Assembly: GCA_034439715.1 (NCBI GenBank)
Contig: JAWXAY010000029.1
Coordinates: forward strand, 128,001 to 192,000
DNA length: 64,000 bases
Direction of reading: 5' to 3'
Origin: Pseudomonadota bacterium
GTDB lineage: Bacteria; Bdellovibrionota; Bdellovibrionia; Bdellovibrionales; SG-bin7
The number at the start of each line of letters is the position of its first letter. Position 1 is the stretch's first letter. This document shows, piece by piece, positions 1 to 9,740 of this stretch. A program made the position numbers and the translations under genes. Below the pieces are notes generated by a model that was not told the origin of the DNA, did not search any database, and worked only from the letters and a program-made list of their open reading frames with translations.

Positions 1-478
1 CCAAAAAATGCTCTTTATAAAGATCAATAAGTCTGCCGGGAGTCGCAACAACAAACTCAACGCCGCTCGCAAGATCTTCTTTTTGTTTATCGTAGCCAAC
101 TCCGCCATATATTGTAGTTATTCTTAGATTAGTATCGCCTCGTAACTGATGAAAATGCTCTTGCACTTGCTCGGCAAGTTCTCTCGTAGGAACTAAAACC
201 AATACAAAATTTCTGTTTTGCCAATCAGGATAGATTTTGGTTTCAGGCTTAAGAGGCTCTGTTTCAGTCGGCGGATTTTTACCCCAAAGGACGCGAGTCA
301 TGAGTGGCATTAAAAACGCCGCTGTTTTTCCTGTTCCTGTTTGTGAAAGTCCGGCAATGTCTCGTCCCGCAAGAACATGAGGGATTGCGGCCTCTTGGAT
401 TGCAGTACAGTCGGTAAAGCCCAATTTTTCTACAGCGGATTTAATGCTGGGATGGAGATCAACTTCGGAAAATTTCAA
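1..478 (-). CDS. DEAD-box RNA helicase, 5' part (runs off window)
   Basis: Manual translation from TTG at 478: MKFSEVDLHPSIKSAVEKLGFTDCTAIQEAAIP...SQTGTGKTAAF (Q motif, motif I), then PTRELA (Ia) and VATPGRL (Ib); GAGG RBS upstream. Confidence 0.92.
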   Translation of the reverse strand, partial: MKFSEVDLHPSIKSAVEKLGFTDCTAIQEAAIPHVLAGRDIAGLSQTGTGKTAAFLMPLMTRVLWGKNPPTETEPLKPETKIYPDWQNRNFVLVLVPTRELAEQVQEHFHQLRGDTNLRITTIYGGVGYDKQKEDLASGVEFVVATPGRLIDLYKEHFL

Positions 479-521
479 AATTCAATTCCTCAAAACAACT
501 TAACACATGATATCAAGTTTT

Positions 522-548
522 TAAAACCAAGTAGAATCTAGCCGATAT
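522..548 (+). promoter_or_regulatory. sigma28/FliA-type promoter
   Basis: TAAA-N15-GCCGATAT, 22 nt upstream of ATG 571. Confidence 0.65.
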
Positions 549-570
549 AGCAGGGTAAAGTCAAAGAACC

Positions 571-1290
571 ATGGCGCGAAATATATTATCTTCACGAATT
601 CAGCGTAAATCTCAACTCACCCCCACCATCACCGAATTTGAAATCGTCATGCAGGAGCCTGTGGAGCTTATTTTTAAGGCGGGGCAGTTCATGATGTTAA
701 ATATTCCCCCAAAAGAAGGTCAAAAAAGGCCTACACTTCGGGCTTATTCGATTTCTTCAGATGCTAACGATAAAAACGGCTTTAAATTGCTCATTAAGCT
801 TGTATCGGGTGGCCTGGGCAGTGAGTTTTTACGATCAAAAAATGAAGGTGATGAGCTGCAATTCACTGGCCCCTTTGGCAAATTGTTATTTTTAGAGCCT
901 CCGACTTCTCGGGTGGTTTTTGTGTGCACGGGGGCTGGTCTGTCTCAACACATGTCTTTTTTGCTAACTCATGGCGCGAAATATCCTCAAACGAAATTCA
1001 CAATGCTACTGGGGGTGTGGAACGAAACAGAAGTATTTTATCAGAGAGAGTTGGCTGACCTTAAAAGTAAATTGAAGAATTTTGAATTTCGTTTTGTTTT
1101 GGATAAAGCCGGGCCCGGTTGGGCAGGTCTCACGGGATTTGTAACTGATCATTTAGAAAAAATAGACTATACGAATCCGCACTCTACTTTTTATCTCTGC
1201 GGAAATCCCGCTATGATTAATAGCGTGACAGAAAAATTAAAAGCAATTGCGGTAGAGCCAGAACGAATTTTAGCAGAAGCATTTTCTTAA
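571..1290 (+). CDS. FAD/NAD(P)-binding oxidoreductase (FNR family, no ferredoxin domain)
   Basis: FKAGQF, RAYSISS, GPFG, GAGLS, YLCGNPAMI motifs. Confidence 0.9.
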   Translation: MARNILSSRIQRKSQLTPTITEFEIVMQEPVELIFKAGQFMMLNIPPKEGQKRPTLRAYSISSDANDKNGFKLLIKLVSGGLGSEFLRSKNEGDELQFTGPFGKLLFLEPPTSRVVFVCTGAGLSQHMSFLLTHGAKYPQTKFTMLLGVWNETEVFYQRELADLKSKLKNFEFRFVLDKAGPGWAGLTGFVTDHLEKIDYTNPHSTFYLCGNPAMINSVTEKLKAIAVEPERILAEAFS

Positions 1291-2115
1291 TCAAGTTTTG
1301 AAAAAGTCTTTTACGGCCGCAGCAATCTTTTGTGGTTGATCGGCATGAACCCAATGCCCCGCCCCCGGGATTACCACGCCTTTGATATTATTATTCATAG
1401 AAAGCACTTTTTGGTAAACTTCGGGACTCAATTCTTTTGAGTTTTCACCGCGAATCAAAAGGGTCGGTATCTTGAGCCCGGCCACTTCTGTCCAGCGGTC
1501 AATGGCTCGGCCTAACTTTACCGATTCTAAAATCCCCGGTAAATAAAATCGCCAGTTAAAGGACCCGCCGGCCTGACCATCTAAATTTTGTTCGGCTAAA
1601 TTGCTATACAGAAATAATCCCAGCGTTCTCGCGTTTTCGGGGCCCTTATATAGCTTTATAAACTCGTTCTGAAAAAATTTGCGAGCTAGTTCTTTGGACA
1701 TAAATGGCACTGGTACTAAAGCTAAGAGTTCTTTAATTTCGTTTTCCCCTTTGGGAGATCTCTCGGGTCCAATGTCTTCAATAACCAGTTTTTCAACCCG
1801 CTCCGGAAAACGCGTAGCAAAATTTAGTGCACTTCTTCCACCCATTGAATGACCCATTAAATAAATTTTAGGCCATTTAAGCTCGTCCAAGATCTTGACT
1901 AAATCTTCAGCATAATTTTCAGGAGCATAGCCAGTCTTGGGCTTAAAACTTCGGCCATGGCCCCTTTGATCATAAACCAATACCTCGTAATCAGCCTCAA
2001 ACTCTTTGGCAACGGTTCGCCAGTTAGATCCATAGCCCATTAGTCCATGAAGAAAAACAAGTTTCTTGTCGCCTTTACCATAAATTTGGGAGAAAAAGTT
2101 TATTGCATAACTCAT
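1291..2115 (-). CDS. alpha/beta hydrolase (YbfF/ABHD11-like esterase)
   Basis: LHGLMG, DQRGHG, GHSMGG nucleophile elbow, GHWVH. Confidence 0.9.
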   Translation of the reverse strand: MSYAINFFSQIYGKGDKKLVFLHGLMGYGSNWRTVAKEFEADYEVLVYDQRGHGRSFKPKTGYAPENYAEDLVKILDELKWPKIYLMGHSMGGRSALNFATRFPERVEKLVIEDIGPERSPKGENEIKELLALVPVPFMSKELARKFFQNEFIKLYKGPENARTLGLFLYSNLAEQNLDGQAGGSFNWRFYLPGILESVKLGRAIDRWTEVAGLKIPTLLIRGENSKELSPEVYQKVLSMNNNIKGVVIPGAGHWVHADQPQKIAAAVKDFFKT

Positions 2116-2154
2116 AATGGGCGACTCTTAATTGCTCTATAAGGACATTATTTT

Positions 2155-3393
2155 TTGGTAGATGAAGTCAAGAAAAAACCTAAACTTAACCGCGACTGGA
2201 TCGATTTTGACGCTCACGAAATCGTCAAGAAACTTCAGCGAAATGGCTTTCTCACCTATCTGGTAGGTGGCTGCGTGCGAGATCTTTTAGCTGGGATTCC
2301 GCCAAAAGATTTTGACATCGCTACCAATGCTCTCCCACGACAGGTAAAGACTTTTATTTATAACTCGTTTATTATTGGGCGACGATTTCGCTTGGTTTTG
2401 GTCAAACGCGGCCTCAAACAGTTTGAAGTTGCGACATTTAGACGCGAAGTCAGACCTGATGAATTCCCAGAGGGCGTACCACCAGGTGATAATATTTTTG
2501 GCTCGCCCGCAGAAGATGCTCAACGTCGCGATTTTACCGTGAATGCGCTTTTTTATGATCCCATAAAAGATGAAATCGTCGATTACTGTGACGGCCTAAG
2601 TGATATTAAAAATCGAGTCATTCGAGTCATCGGTGATCCTAACACCCGAATGATAGAAGACCCCATTCGCATATTGCGAGCACTGCGACTCGCTCATAAG
2701 TTAAGTTTTACAATCGAACCCAGTCTTAGGGGCGCAATGCTGACCAATGCCAGTGAACTGACTAAATCAGCACTCCCTAGACGGCGCGAAGAAATTTTAA
2801 AAATCTTACGACTCTCTGACCCGCTGATGGCATTACAAGAGGCTCATGACTTGGGTTTACTCCAACATCTAGCACCCACGCTGGATGAGGTGTTCAAATC
2901 ACCTGAGACAAGCCAGAATTTTTCAAGTTACATGCATCGCTTTCATAATATTGTCGGCGACCCCGCAAACCCTGTTGAGCTTTTTGCTGTTTTAGGTTTG
3001 GCCTTCTATCGTACCATGATTGAAGCCGACCCCTATCAGGTAAAATCTATTGACGAAATTTTAGAAAATCCACTCATTCTGAGTTTATTTAGAGACGAGC
3101 TCGGCCTTTTTAATTTAGAGCAAAAATTTATTGCTAAAGCGCTTCACCAACAGCCCGAACTGCTAAAAACCAGAGAAAAAACCCTAGATACTGCGCCCCA
3201 AGCAGAAAGTCCCCGTCCTTCGTTGGTCAACAATGAATCCTTTGGCGTTACACTTCTTATGGCCTATGCGGATCATTTGATTTCGCCTTCAGAACTTTTT
3301 TTCTGGAAAAAGGAATACGAAAAGGCCATTCAAAAATTGCGAAGTCGACCCAGCTCACGAGGGCGACGCTTTAGTCGAGGCCCAAGAAGGTAA
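2155..3393 (+). CDS. pcnB: poly(A) polymerase I
   Basis: VGGCVRD, KDFDIAT, IIGRRFRLVLV PAP signature, RRDFTVNA, EDPIRILRA, Arg-rich tail. Confidence 0.9.
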   Translation: MVDEVKKKPKLNRDWIDFDAHEIVKKLQRNGFLTYLVGGCVRDLLAGIPPKDFDIATNALPRQVKTFIYNSFIIGRRFRLVLVKRGLKQFEVATFRREVRPDEFPEGVPPGDNIFGSPAEDAQRRDFTVNALFYDPIKDEIVDYCDGLSDIKNRVIRVIGDPNTRMIEDPIRILRALRLAHKLSFTIEPSLRGAMLTNASELTKSALPRRREEILKILRLSDPLMALQEAHDLGLLQHLAPTLDEVFKSPETSQNFSSYMHRFHNIVGDPANPVELFAVLGLAFYRTMIEADPYQVKSIDEILENPLILSLFRDELGLFNLEQKFIAKALHQQPELLKTREKTLDTAPQAESPRPSLVNNESFGVTLLMAYADHLISPSELFFWKKEYEKAIQKLRSRPSSRGRRFSRGPRR

Positions 3394-4358
3394 CCCAGGC
3401 GGGCCGCGCCGACAGCGCCGGCTTTAACGTCAAGCTCTGCGATTTCAATTTTAGCGCGAAAGGCCGAGTGACGGATGCTGATAAGCCTTTCATATTCTAA
3501 CAGTAGAACATTCCAAAAAAGGTCTTTGATCTGAATCATGCCACCCGAAAATAAAATTTTCTCTAAGTTAAAGCCAAGTGACAAATTAAAACATAAAACC
3601 GCGAGTGCGCGAGCAGCACCGGTAAAAAGTTTTTGATATTGATTTTGGCCATTTTTAATCTCGTGAACCAAATCAACTGCGGACTTTCCTTGAAAACCCA
3701 TCTCACGAGCGAGTTTAACCAAGGCGGTGCCCGAGGCCAAACCTTCAAAACATTGAAAATACTGATCGGTGTTATCTTTGATGTTAGAGATATCTACAAT
3801 TTGGCGTCCCCATTCCCCACCCATGCCTCTATATTGCAACGGCTTTCCCTTAAAGATAACTCCAGTACCAATTCCCGTGCCAACGGTAACGACAGCAAAA
3901 TTCTCTAAGCCTTTTGCGCCTCCCAACCAACCCTCACCAAGGCTTGCAGCCATCGCATCATTTTGAAAAGCAATTGAGTGCCTAATTTTATTTTTCAGAA
4001 GTTCTTTTTTTAATAGTTTTATAATGGGAAATATTTTCCAGCCCTTAAAATTGCTGGGCTCTATTAATTCGCCGGATTCAACATTCATCGGTCCAGCCGA
4101 GGCCAATCCGATGCCCACTATTCGGCCTAACTTTTCTTTGCGAATAAAGTTAACGGTCTCGACAATCGCTGCACACATTATCGCAATAACTTTTTGCTGA
4201 GAACTTTTGGGGTCATCAATTTCAGAAATCTCGAGAGCTATAGACTTAAAAAATTTTTCGCGACCTTGAGTTGAGATGAGTGTCCAGGCTAGCTTGGTAC
4301 CACCGAGATCAAGGCCGATGAGCCACTCCTGAGACTTATTTCTTTTTTTAGATGTCAT
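3330..4358 (-). CDS. ROK family sugar kinase (glucokinase-like)
   Basis: GLDLGGTK, QNDA...GE, GTGIGTG; ATG 4358 preferred over TTG 4370. Confidence 0.88.
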   Translation of the reverse strand: MTSKKRNKSQEWLIGLDLGGTKLAWTLISTQGREKFFKSIALEISEIDDPKSSQQKVIAIMCAAIVETVNFIRKEKLGRIVGIGLASAGPMNVESGELIEPSNFKGWKIFPIIKLLKKELLKNKIRHSIAFQNDAMAASLGEGWLGGAKGLENFAVVTVGTGIGTGVIFKGKPLQYRGMGGEWGRQIVDISNIKDNTDQYFQCFEGLASGTALVKLAREMGFQGKSAVDLVHEIKNGQNQYQKLFTGAARALAVLCFNLSLGFNLEKILFSGGMIQIKDLFWNVLLLEYERLISIRHSAFRAKIEIAELDVKAGAVGAARLGYLLGPRLKRRPRELGRLRNF

Positions 4359-5823
4359 CTTCGTTGGCAATTTGGGTAATCCCAGTTCCAGTATAAAAAT
4401 AGGTTAATATCTGCTCGGCCGTCTTGCCACCCTCGGCAAACAAAAGGGCACCGTACTGTGACATTCCAACGCCGTGACCATAACCATGCCCTGTTACCTT
4501 TTGTTGGCCTTTTTGATCGGGCGGATCTAAGCGATAGAGATAACTTCGAATAGAGCCAAAAAGCATTAACATCGCTCGGCTTTGCCTACGATTCAATTTT
4601 ATTTGTTCACCATTCATTAGGTTTATATCTAAAGTCCAAACCCTTCCGGTTTCACCAATAAGCCCCAGAAGCATTTCGTCCACCTCAATCATACTTGGAA
4701 AACCTAAGGTCAAAAGTTTTTGCTTTATTGTTTCTCGAGTGACGTTGGCAAACTGGCCCCATTTACCATAGGGCTTTTCAAGGACACCCTCAGCATCAGG
4801 CACTGAAGTTAAGTAGGGTGGATTTTCACTTTGAAGTTCAAAACACTCTTTTGCGGAGCAGGTAACTCCACCAGAGTTAGCCGAAAAATAGGCTTTTATG
4901 ACCTCGCCCTGATAGGTAACAATTCTATGCCGACTTGATTTTACGGCTTCGTTAGTTTGCGGAGCTTCAATTTTGAGCGAAGATTCTCCCTGACGATACT
5001 TCACCCCACGATAACTTTGGTACCAGGTAGTGGGATCTACATCCCAATTACGTTTTAGTTTATCGCGAGAATACGCCAATTCATATAGCGCATAAGTGCG
5101 AGCAGCGATCGCTTGCGTGCGAAGCGCCTCGGGATGCCATTTAGCACTAATTTCAGAGGGTAAAACGGATTGCAAATAATAATTAAGTGGTAAAACGTTT
5201 AATACGGACCAAAGCGATCGGGGGTCTTGACTTTTTTCAGGTGCCCGCGGCAATTTTTTATCGAGTACCTTTCTAATTCTTGAGTGAATCGGAAAAAAAT
5301 CGGTCTTTGTAATCAAAAATCCGCCTCTCATATCGAGTGACATTTCGACAGATTCGTTTTCGGCATTTTTTTCAGACTTATCCCAAAGCACTCGGCTAAG
5401 ACTAGAATTATCTTCTGGCGTCAATATCAATTCCTCAAGAGGAATTTCCGTTCCATCGACAAAAAGTTTTTCCTTTAAAAAATCAAAGGTAACGGTTTTG
5501 CCACGGCCCAAAATTTTGTTATCCGAAAATCTTAGGATTTGAAAAAATTTTTCGTTCTGGATACTAAAATTAAAGGGATTGCGCACCACCGGAAATGGGT
5601 CACGATAGGGAGAGGAAAGTATGGGGAACATCCGCACTTTAATATCAAGCGCACGGCGGTTCTGCGAAAGTGAGTAGCTAGGTCCAATAATATTTTGAGT
5701 CGTGCCCGCGCGCAAAAGCTCAATTTTTTGTACTAAGGGCCTGGGGTGCTGCACCAAAAGCAGAGGCTTAGCCCATGCCGAAATCGAAAAACATAGTCCA
5801 AACACTAGGCTCCGCAAAAACAT
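4348..5823 (-). CDS. SpoIID/LytB domain protein (exported peptidoglycan lytic enzyme)
   Basis: Signal peptide; EALRTQAIAARTYA, YQSY.G, GHGYGHGVGMSQYGA. Confidence 0.9.
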   Translation of the reverse strand: MFLRSLVFGLCFSISAWAKPLLLVQHPRPLVQKIELLRAGTTQNIIGPSYSLSQNRRALDIKVRMFPILSSPYRDPFPVVRNPFNFSIQNEKFFQILRFSDNKILGRGKTVTFDFLKEKLFVDGTEIPLEELILTPEDNSSLSRVLWDKSEKNAENESVEMSLDMRGGFLITKTDFFPIHSRIRKVLDKKLPRAPEKSQDPRSLWSVLNVLPLNYYLQSVLPSEISAKWHPEALRTQAIAARTYALYELAYSRDKLKRNWDVDPTTWYQSYRGVKYRQGESSLKIEAPQTNEAVKSSRHRIVTYQGEVIKAYFSANSGGVTCSAKECFELQSENPPYLTSVPDAEGVLEKPYGKWGQFANVTRETIKQKLLTLGFPSMIEVDEMLLGLIGETGRVWTLDINLMNGEQIKLNRRQSRAMLMLFGSIRSYLYRLDPPDQKGQQKVTGHGYGHGVGMSQYGALLFAEGGKTAEQILTYFYTGTGITQIANEDDI

Positions 5824-5968
5824 GCAGCACTCTCTAACAACAAAGGGGTAAATAACAAGATTCTTCTATAGCCTGAAGGAGATTGTGTGTTGTGTCAAAT
5901 CGTAAGTTAACCGTCCAGTTGAGTTCGTACCGGTTTTATACGATAAGTAGTTATTCGAGGAGGCTTGT

Positions 5969-6160
5969 ATGGGCTTTATGAGTGGCGGTCATTGGATAAT
6001 AATTTTGGCGATTGTGATGTTACTATTCGGGGCCAAAAAACTACCTGATCTTGGCCGCTCTGTCGGCGAAGCCATCCGAGGCTTTAAAAAAGGCCTCAGC
6101 GAAGACGAAGTCGACGTGACAGCTAAGAAAAAAGAAATCGACGACAAAAACAATTCTTAG
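5969..6160 (+). CDS. tatA: twin-arginine translocase TatA/E
   Basis: TM helix then LLFGAKKLPDLGRSVGEAIRGFKKG; GAGGAGG RBS. Confidence 0.95.
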   Translation: MGFMSGGHWIIILAIVMLLFGAKKLPDLGRSVGEAIRGFKKGLSEDEVDVTAKKKEIDDKNNS

Positions 6161-6166
6161 GGATTT

Positions 6167-6190
6167 TCTCATAAGGTGCCAGCCCCTAAA
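6167..6190 (+). repeat. REP-like repeat copy 1
   Basis: TCTCATAAGGTGCCAGCCC(CTAAA); 19 bp identical to 8899-8917. Confidence 0.6.
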
Positions 6191-6733
6191 AAAGAAAGTT
6201 CACTTATTCGCCTTGCTACTCCCGATGATGCTGAGCTTTTTTACGATCACACATTTAGACACATGAGCGAATCTGGAAATAACGACCTGATTTTTCACCC
6301 TGTTGGTGACATGAAATCGTGGAAAAAAGAAGAAAATGTGGCCGCTATTAAGGAGCGCTGGGGCTATCCATCATCAACTGAATTTAAATGGGAGCGGGCC
6401 TGGGCTCTTTTTGTTGATAACCAAATTGTAGGCTCGGCAAATATTAGAGCCAATCCTTTACCAGCAGCTCGACATCGAGCAACATTTGCCATTGGTATCG
6501 AAAAACAGTATCGCAACCAAGGTTTTGGAAAACTCTTCATGACTCGAGCGATTGGTTGGGCGAAGGACCAACCGTTTTTAGATTGGCTTGATTTAAATGC
6601 CTTCTTAAATAACGAAAAGGCTATTGCGCTCTACAAATCCTTTGAATTTAAAGAAATCGGCACCACTGTGGATATTTTTAGAGTCAAAGGCCAGTCGATT
6701 GACGACATTCATATGTGTTTAAAACTTCGCTGA
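6176..6733 (+). CDS. GNAT family N-acetyltransferase
   Basis: YRNQGFGK acetyl-CoA motif, NEKAIALYKSFEF. Confidence 0.88.
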   Translation: MPAPKKESSLIRLATPDDAELFYDHTFRHMSESGNNDLIFHPVGDMKSWKKEENVAAIKERWGYPSSTEFKWERAWALFVDNQIVGSANIRANPLPAARHRATFAIGIEKQYRNQGFGKLFMTRAIGWAKDQPFLDWLDLNAFLNNEKAIALYKSFEFKEIGTTVDIFRVKGQSIDDIHMCLKLR

Positions 6734-6770
6734 GCACCAAGGTCACCAACCTCTTTGCCCACTCTCGAAC

Positions 6771-6795
6771 AAGTGAAGGTATAGCTTCACTTTTT
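6771..6795 (+). terminator. intrinsic terminator after tatA-GNAT
   Basis: AAGTGAAG-gtatag-CTTCACTT stem followed by T run, between convergent genes. Confidence 0.6.
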
Positions 6796-6852
6796 CAACA
6801 CAGTGGTAAGAGGCAATTACCGATAAGCGAATATGGAAATATCAGAAAATTC

Positions 6853-8886
6853 TTAAGAGAGCGCAGCAGCTTCGATGGCTTTAGCATCAATGCCGTGCTT
6901 TGCGTAGAGTTCGCTTGCTTTGTAGGCACTCTGGCCGAATTGATCGCGAACGCCAAGAGATTTCATTTGAGATATTTTCACGCCATTTTGCAATAAAGCG
7001 TGTGCGATAAGTGCACCCATGCCCCCAATGACTTGATGGTCTTCGACTGTCAGGATTTTGCCGCTAGTTTTTTCAAGGCAGGCAGCCAAAGTCGCTACAT
7101 CGGGATAATTAATAATTGCTGGATTTACCACAATACAACCGACGCCTTTGGTTTTCAAATTTTCTGCGGCCTTCACGGCTTGAGGCAAAATCGAGCCGCC
7201 CGCAACGATGGTAACACTTTTCTTAAAATCATTTGTGTTGTCACTAATGACTTGCGCTTTTTTCAGTTGATACTTATGACCTCCATCTAAAAATCGCTTC
7301 GGAAAATTTTCGCGACCTAAAAAGAAAATTGTTGAATGTGGCACTTGACCTAGTCTGCGAGCTTGAAAAAATTCTTCAAGCACCTGGCTCATTAGACTCT
7401 CGGCCTCATCAGAACAAGTAAGGCAATAAACGTCTACATTGGGAATCGAACAAGTCATCGAAATATAACTGAGTGCTTGGTGGCTTGCGCCATCTGCGGC
7501 ATCTTGAAAACCAGTATGTGAATATACGGCAATCATGGGCGCGCCAGAGAGGGCACCCATAATCATGGGAAGTGCACCTTTTGTCACACCAAATTGCGCG
7601 AAGGTGTCAACGACAGGAATATATCCCGCCTTTGATAACCCCACCGCCATGCTTACCATATTGGCCTCAGCCACACCTACATCTACGCCACTTTCAGGAA
7701 ACTCTTTGTGAAATGCGGCAACGCCAGTTGAACCAGGCAAATCAGATGTTACAGAAATAATCGGAAGGCCTGCTTTTTTCTTAGCGATCATCGCTTTCGC
7801 AATTCCTGTTTGAATTTTTTCTGCAGGGATTGCCTCTGACGATGTCGATGCTATCGACGGCGGTTTTGCGGCATATTTAGTCCGTATGTTTTGGCACCAA
7901 TTTCGAAATTCTTCGGGAACTTCGGAGTGCCCATAAATTTCACTCAGAAAAGCGGTAAGATCTTCAGGATTACTCAGTGGAAAGCCATGCCCTCCTGTAC
8001 TCGATTTCACAGTTTTTTCGACTCCAAAGCCCTTAATTGTTTTAGCGTGAATACAAACCGGCGTTTTGGGATCATCTAAAACTGAAAGTATTGCTTGCTC
8101 GACAGCCGCCATACATGCCGCCAAGTCGTGACCGTTACCGATAGGTATTACCTTCCACCCTAAAGCTTTCATCGCCGCAAACTGGGGACTCATTGAAAAA
8201 CTATCGGCATCAATACGACCCGAAAGTTTGGTGTTATTGTCACTCACAATACAAACAAAGGGTGCTAATTTTTCTTTAGTTGCAAAACCGGGAATCGCTG
8301 CAAAAGCTTCTTTAGCCTCTCCCTCAAAACTGGCGCCATCGGAAATCGCGCAAATGGTGACTCGTTTTTTCTGCGACAAATAATCAGCGTATGCTAAACC
8401 CTGCGCCTGAGGAATACTTGAACCTAAAGGACCATTACTCAAAAGTATGGCTTCAGGAAAAAGATGGGACTCGCCATGTCCAGTGAGTTTACTTTCAATC
8501 GAACGAAATTTTCTTAAGTCTTGAAATGTCAGTCCGGCAAAACCGTAATTTGCACGGAGTGCGTAGAGCCCATTTTCACAGTGGCCGGCATCATTTATTA
8601 AGTTAAATTTTTCAAACCAATCGATGTTGTTGCGTTCAGAAATATGAAATACATAACCAAAAACCGCTGACATAAGTTCGGCAAACGCAGCCGGCCCTCC
8701 CCAGTGTGAAGCAGCCCCACCAATGACGGCTTCCATGTCCATGAGTGCTACCATCGCACGTGTCGCCCGCGGGTCAGCAACTTTAATGCGGTCTCCATTT
8801 ATTAGCGGCACTTCAACCCAATATTTAGGGGGAAGGTTAGGGTTTCTGGCTAAGTGATTTTTTAGGGATATTGGTTGTATCGGCAT
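6853..8886 (-). CDS. transketolase-family ThDP enzyme
   Basis: LTGHGE, GPLG, SDGASFEG...DNN ThDP motif, GVAEANMV, DGASHQ, VEDHQVIGGMG. Confidence 0.85.
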   Translation of the reverse strand: MPIQPISLKNHLARNPNLPPKYWVEVPLINGDRIKVADPRATRAMVALMDMEAVIGGAASHWGGPAAFAELMSAVFGYVFHISERNNIDWFEKFNLINDAGHCENGLYALRANYGFAGLTFQDLRKFRSIESKLTGHGESHLFPEAILLSNGPLGSSIPQAQGLAYADYLSQKKRVTICAISDGASFEGEAKEAFAAIPGFATKEKLAPFVCIVSDNNTKLSGRIDADSFSMSPQFAAMKALGWKVIPIGNGHDLAACMAAVEQAILSVLDDPKTPVCIHAKTIKGFGVEKTVKSSTGGHGFPLSNPEDLTAFLSEIYGHSEVPEEFRNWCQNIRTKYAAKPPSIASTSSEAIPAEKIQTGIAKAMIAKKKAGLPIISVTSDLPGSTGVAAFHKEFPESGVDVGVAEANMVSMAVGLSKAGYIPVVDTFAQFGVTKGALPMIMGALSGAPMIAVYSHTGFQDAADGASHQALSYISMTCSIPNVDVYCLTCSDEAESLMSQVLEEFFQARRLGQVPHSTIFFLGRENFPKRFLDGGHKYQLKKAQVISDNTNDFKKSVTIVAGGSILPQAVKAAENLKTKGVGCIVVNPAIINYPDVATLAACLEKTSGKILTVEDHQVIGGMGALIAHALLQNGVKISQMKSLGVRDQFGQSAYKASELYAKHGIDAKAIEAAALS

Positions 8887-8898
8887 GGTTGGAATCTA

Positions 8899-8917
8899 TC
8901 TCATAAGGTGCCAGCCC
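8899..8917 (+). repeat. REP-like repeat copy 2 (upstream of RAYT)
   Basis: TCTCATAAGGTGCCAGCCC, identical to 6167-6185. Confidence 0.6.
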
Positions 8918-8957
8918 GTGAAGAAGATACGCGGCGCGATACTGAAATGTTACCAAC

Positions 8958-8984
8958 TGAATTTCGTACGATAGTGTCCGATAT
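8958..8984 (+). promoter_or_regulatory. possible sigma28-type promoter of RAYT
   Basis: TGAA-N15-TCCGATAT. Confidence 0.4.
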
Positions 8985-9057
8985 ATAGCCGCCACTATCC
9001 TCAAAAACCTTTTAAGCGCGAGAGCGGCAGGCATAAATCTTTGCAGTATCAAGACTC

Positions 9058-9696
9058 ATGGCCCGAAACCCAGCAATACTTCAAAGCACTCACCCCTATA
9101 ATGTTGGCGCCAGATGCATAAACCGGGAATGGTTCAATATTCCAATGGACGAAGTATGGGAAATCATGTCTCGCCAACTCTTTTTTATTCGGCACGCCTA
9201 CAATGTGCGAATTCACTCCTTTGTATTGATGAGCAACCACTTCCATCTGCTCATTTCAACGCCGGAAGCAAACCTTAGCCAGGCGATGGCTAATTTTATG
9301 GGAGAAACAAGTCGCTATTTAAATCTAGCCGGGAACAGAGAAAACGAAACCTATGCGGGTCGGCACTTTCGATCGATAATCGAGAACTATCACAGCTTTA
9401 CTCATGCCTATAAATATAACTACCGTAATCCAGTTAAGTGCGGAACGGTGACCCATGTTGAGTCCTACAAATACAGCACTTTGCACGGCCTGCTGGGGTT
9501 GAGTCATCTGCAAATTCCAGTAGAAGAGGACTTACTTTTATTTCCAGATATTCAGGATACACTTAACTGGCTAAATACCGATTCTGGTAATGACAACTCA
9601 CTGGTTATCAAATACGCGCTAAAAAGAAAAGTATTTAAAATGCGCAAGCTCTTGGTAACAAAAAAGCCCCATAACTTGGAGTTTGAAAGATATTGA
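9058..9696 (+). mobile_element. REP-associated tyrosine transposase (RAYT, Y1/HUH family)
   Basis: FVLMSNHFHLL HUH motif, YKYNYRNPVKCG catalytic Tyr region, YKYST. Confidence 0.88.
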
Positions 9697-9721
9697 GCGG
9701 CGATCCTCGTAACGATTCGCG

Positions 9722-9740
9722 TTTAGGGCCTGGCACCCTA
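9722..9740 (-). repeat. REP-like repeat copy 3 (inverted, downstream of RAYT)
   Basis: Reverse complement TAGGGTGCCAGGCCCTAAA matches 6172-6190 at 17/19. Confidence 0.6.

Noticed and set aside
3330..3393. 64-bp convergent overlap of pcnB and ROK genes
   Set aside because: It involves only low-complexity Arg-rich tails; a common arrangement
9058..9696. IS200/IS605 element with TnpB or guide RNA
   Set aside because: No tnpB/iscB nearby; length and NPV..G motif fit a RAYT
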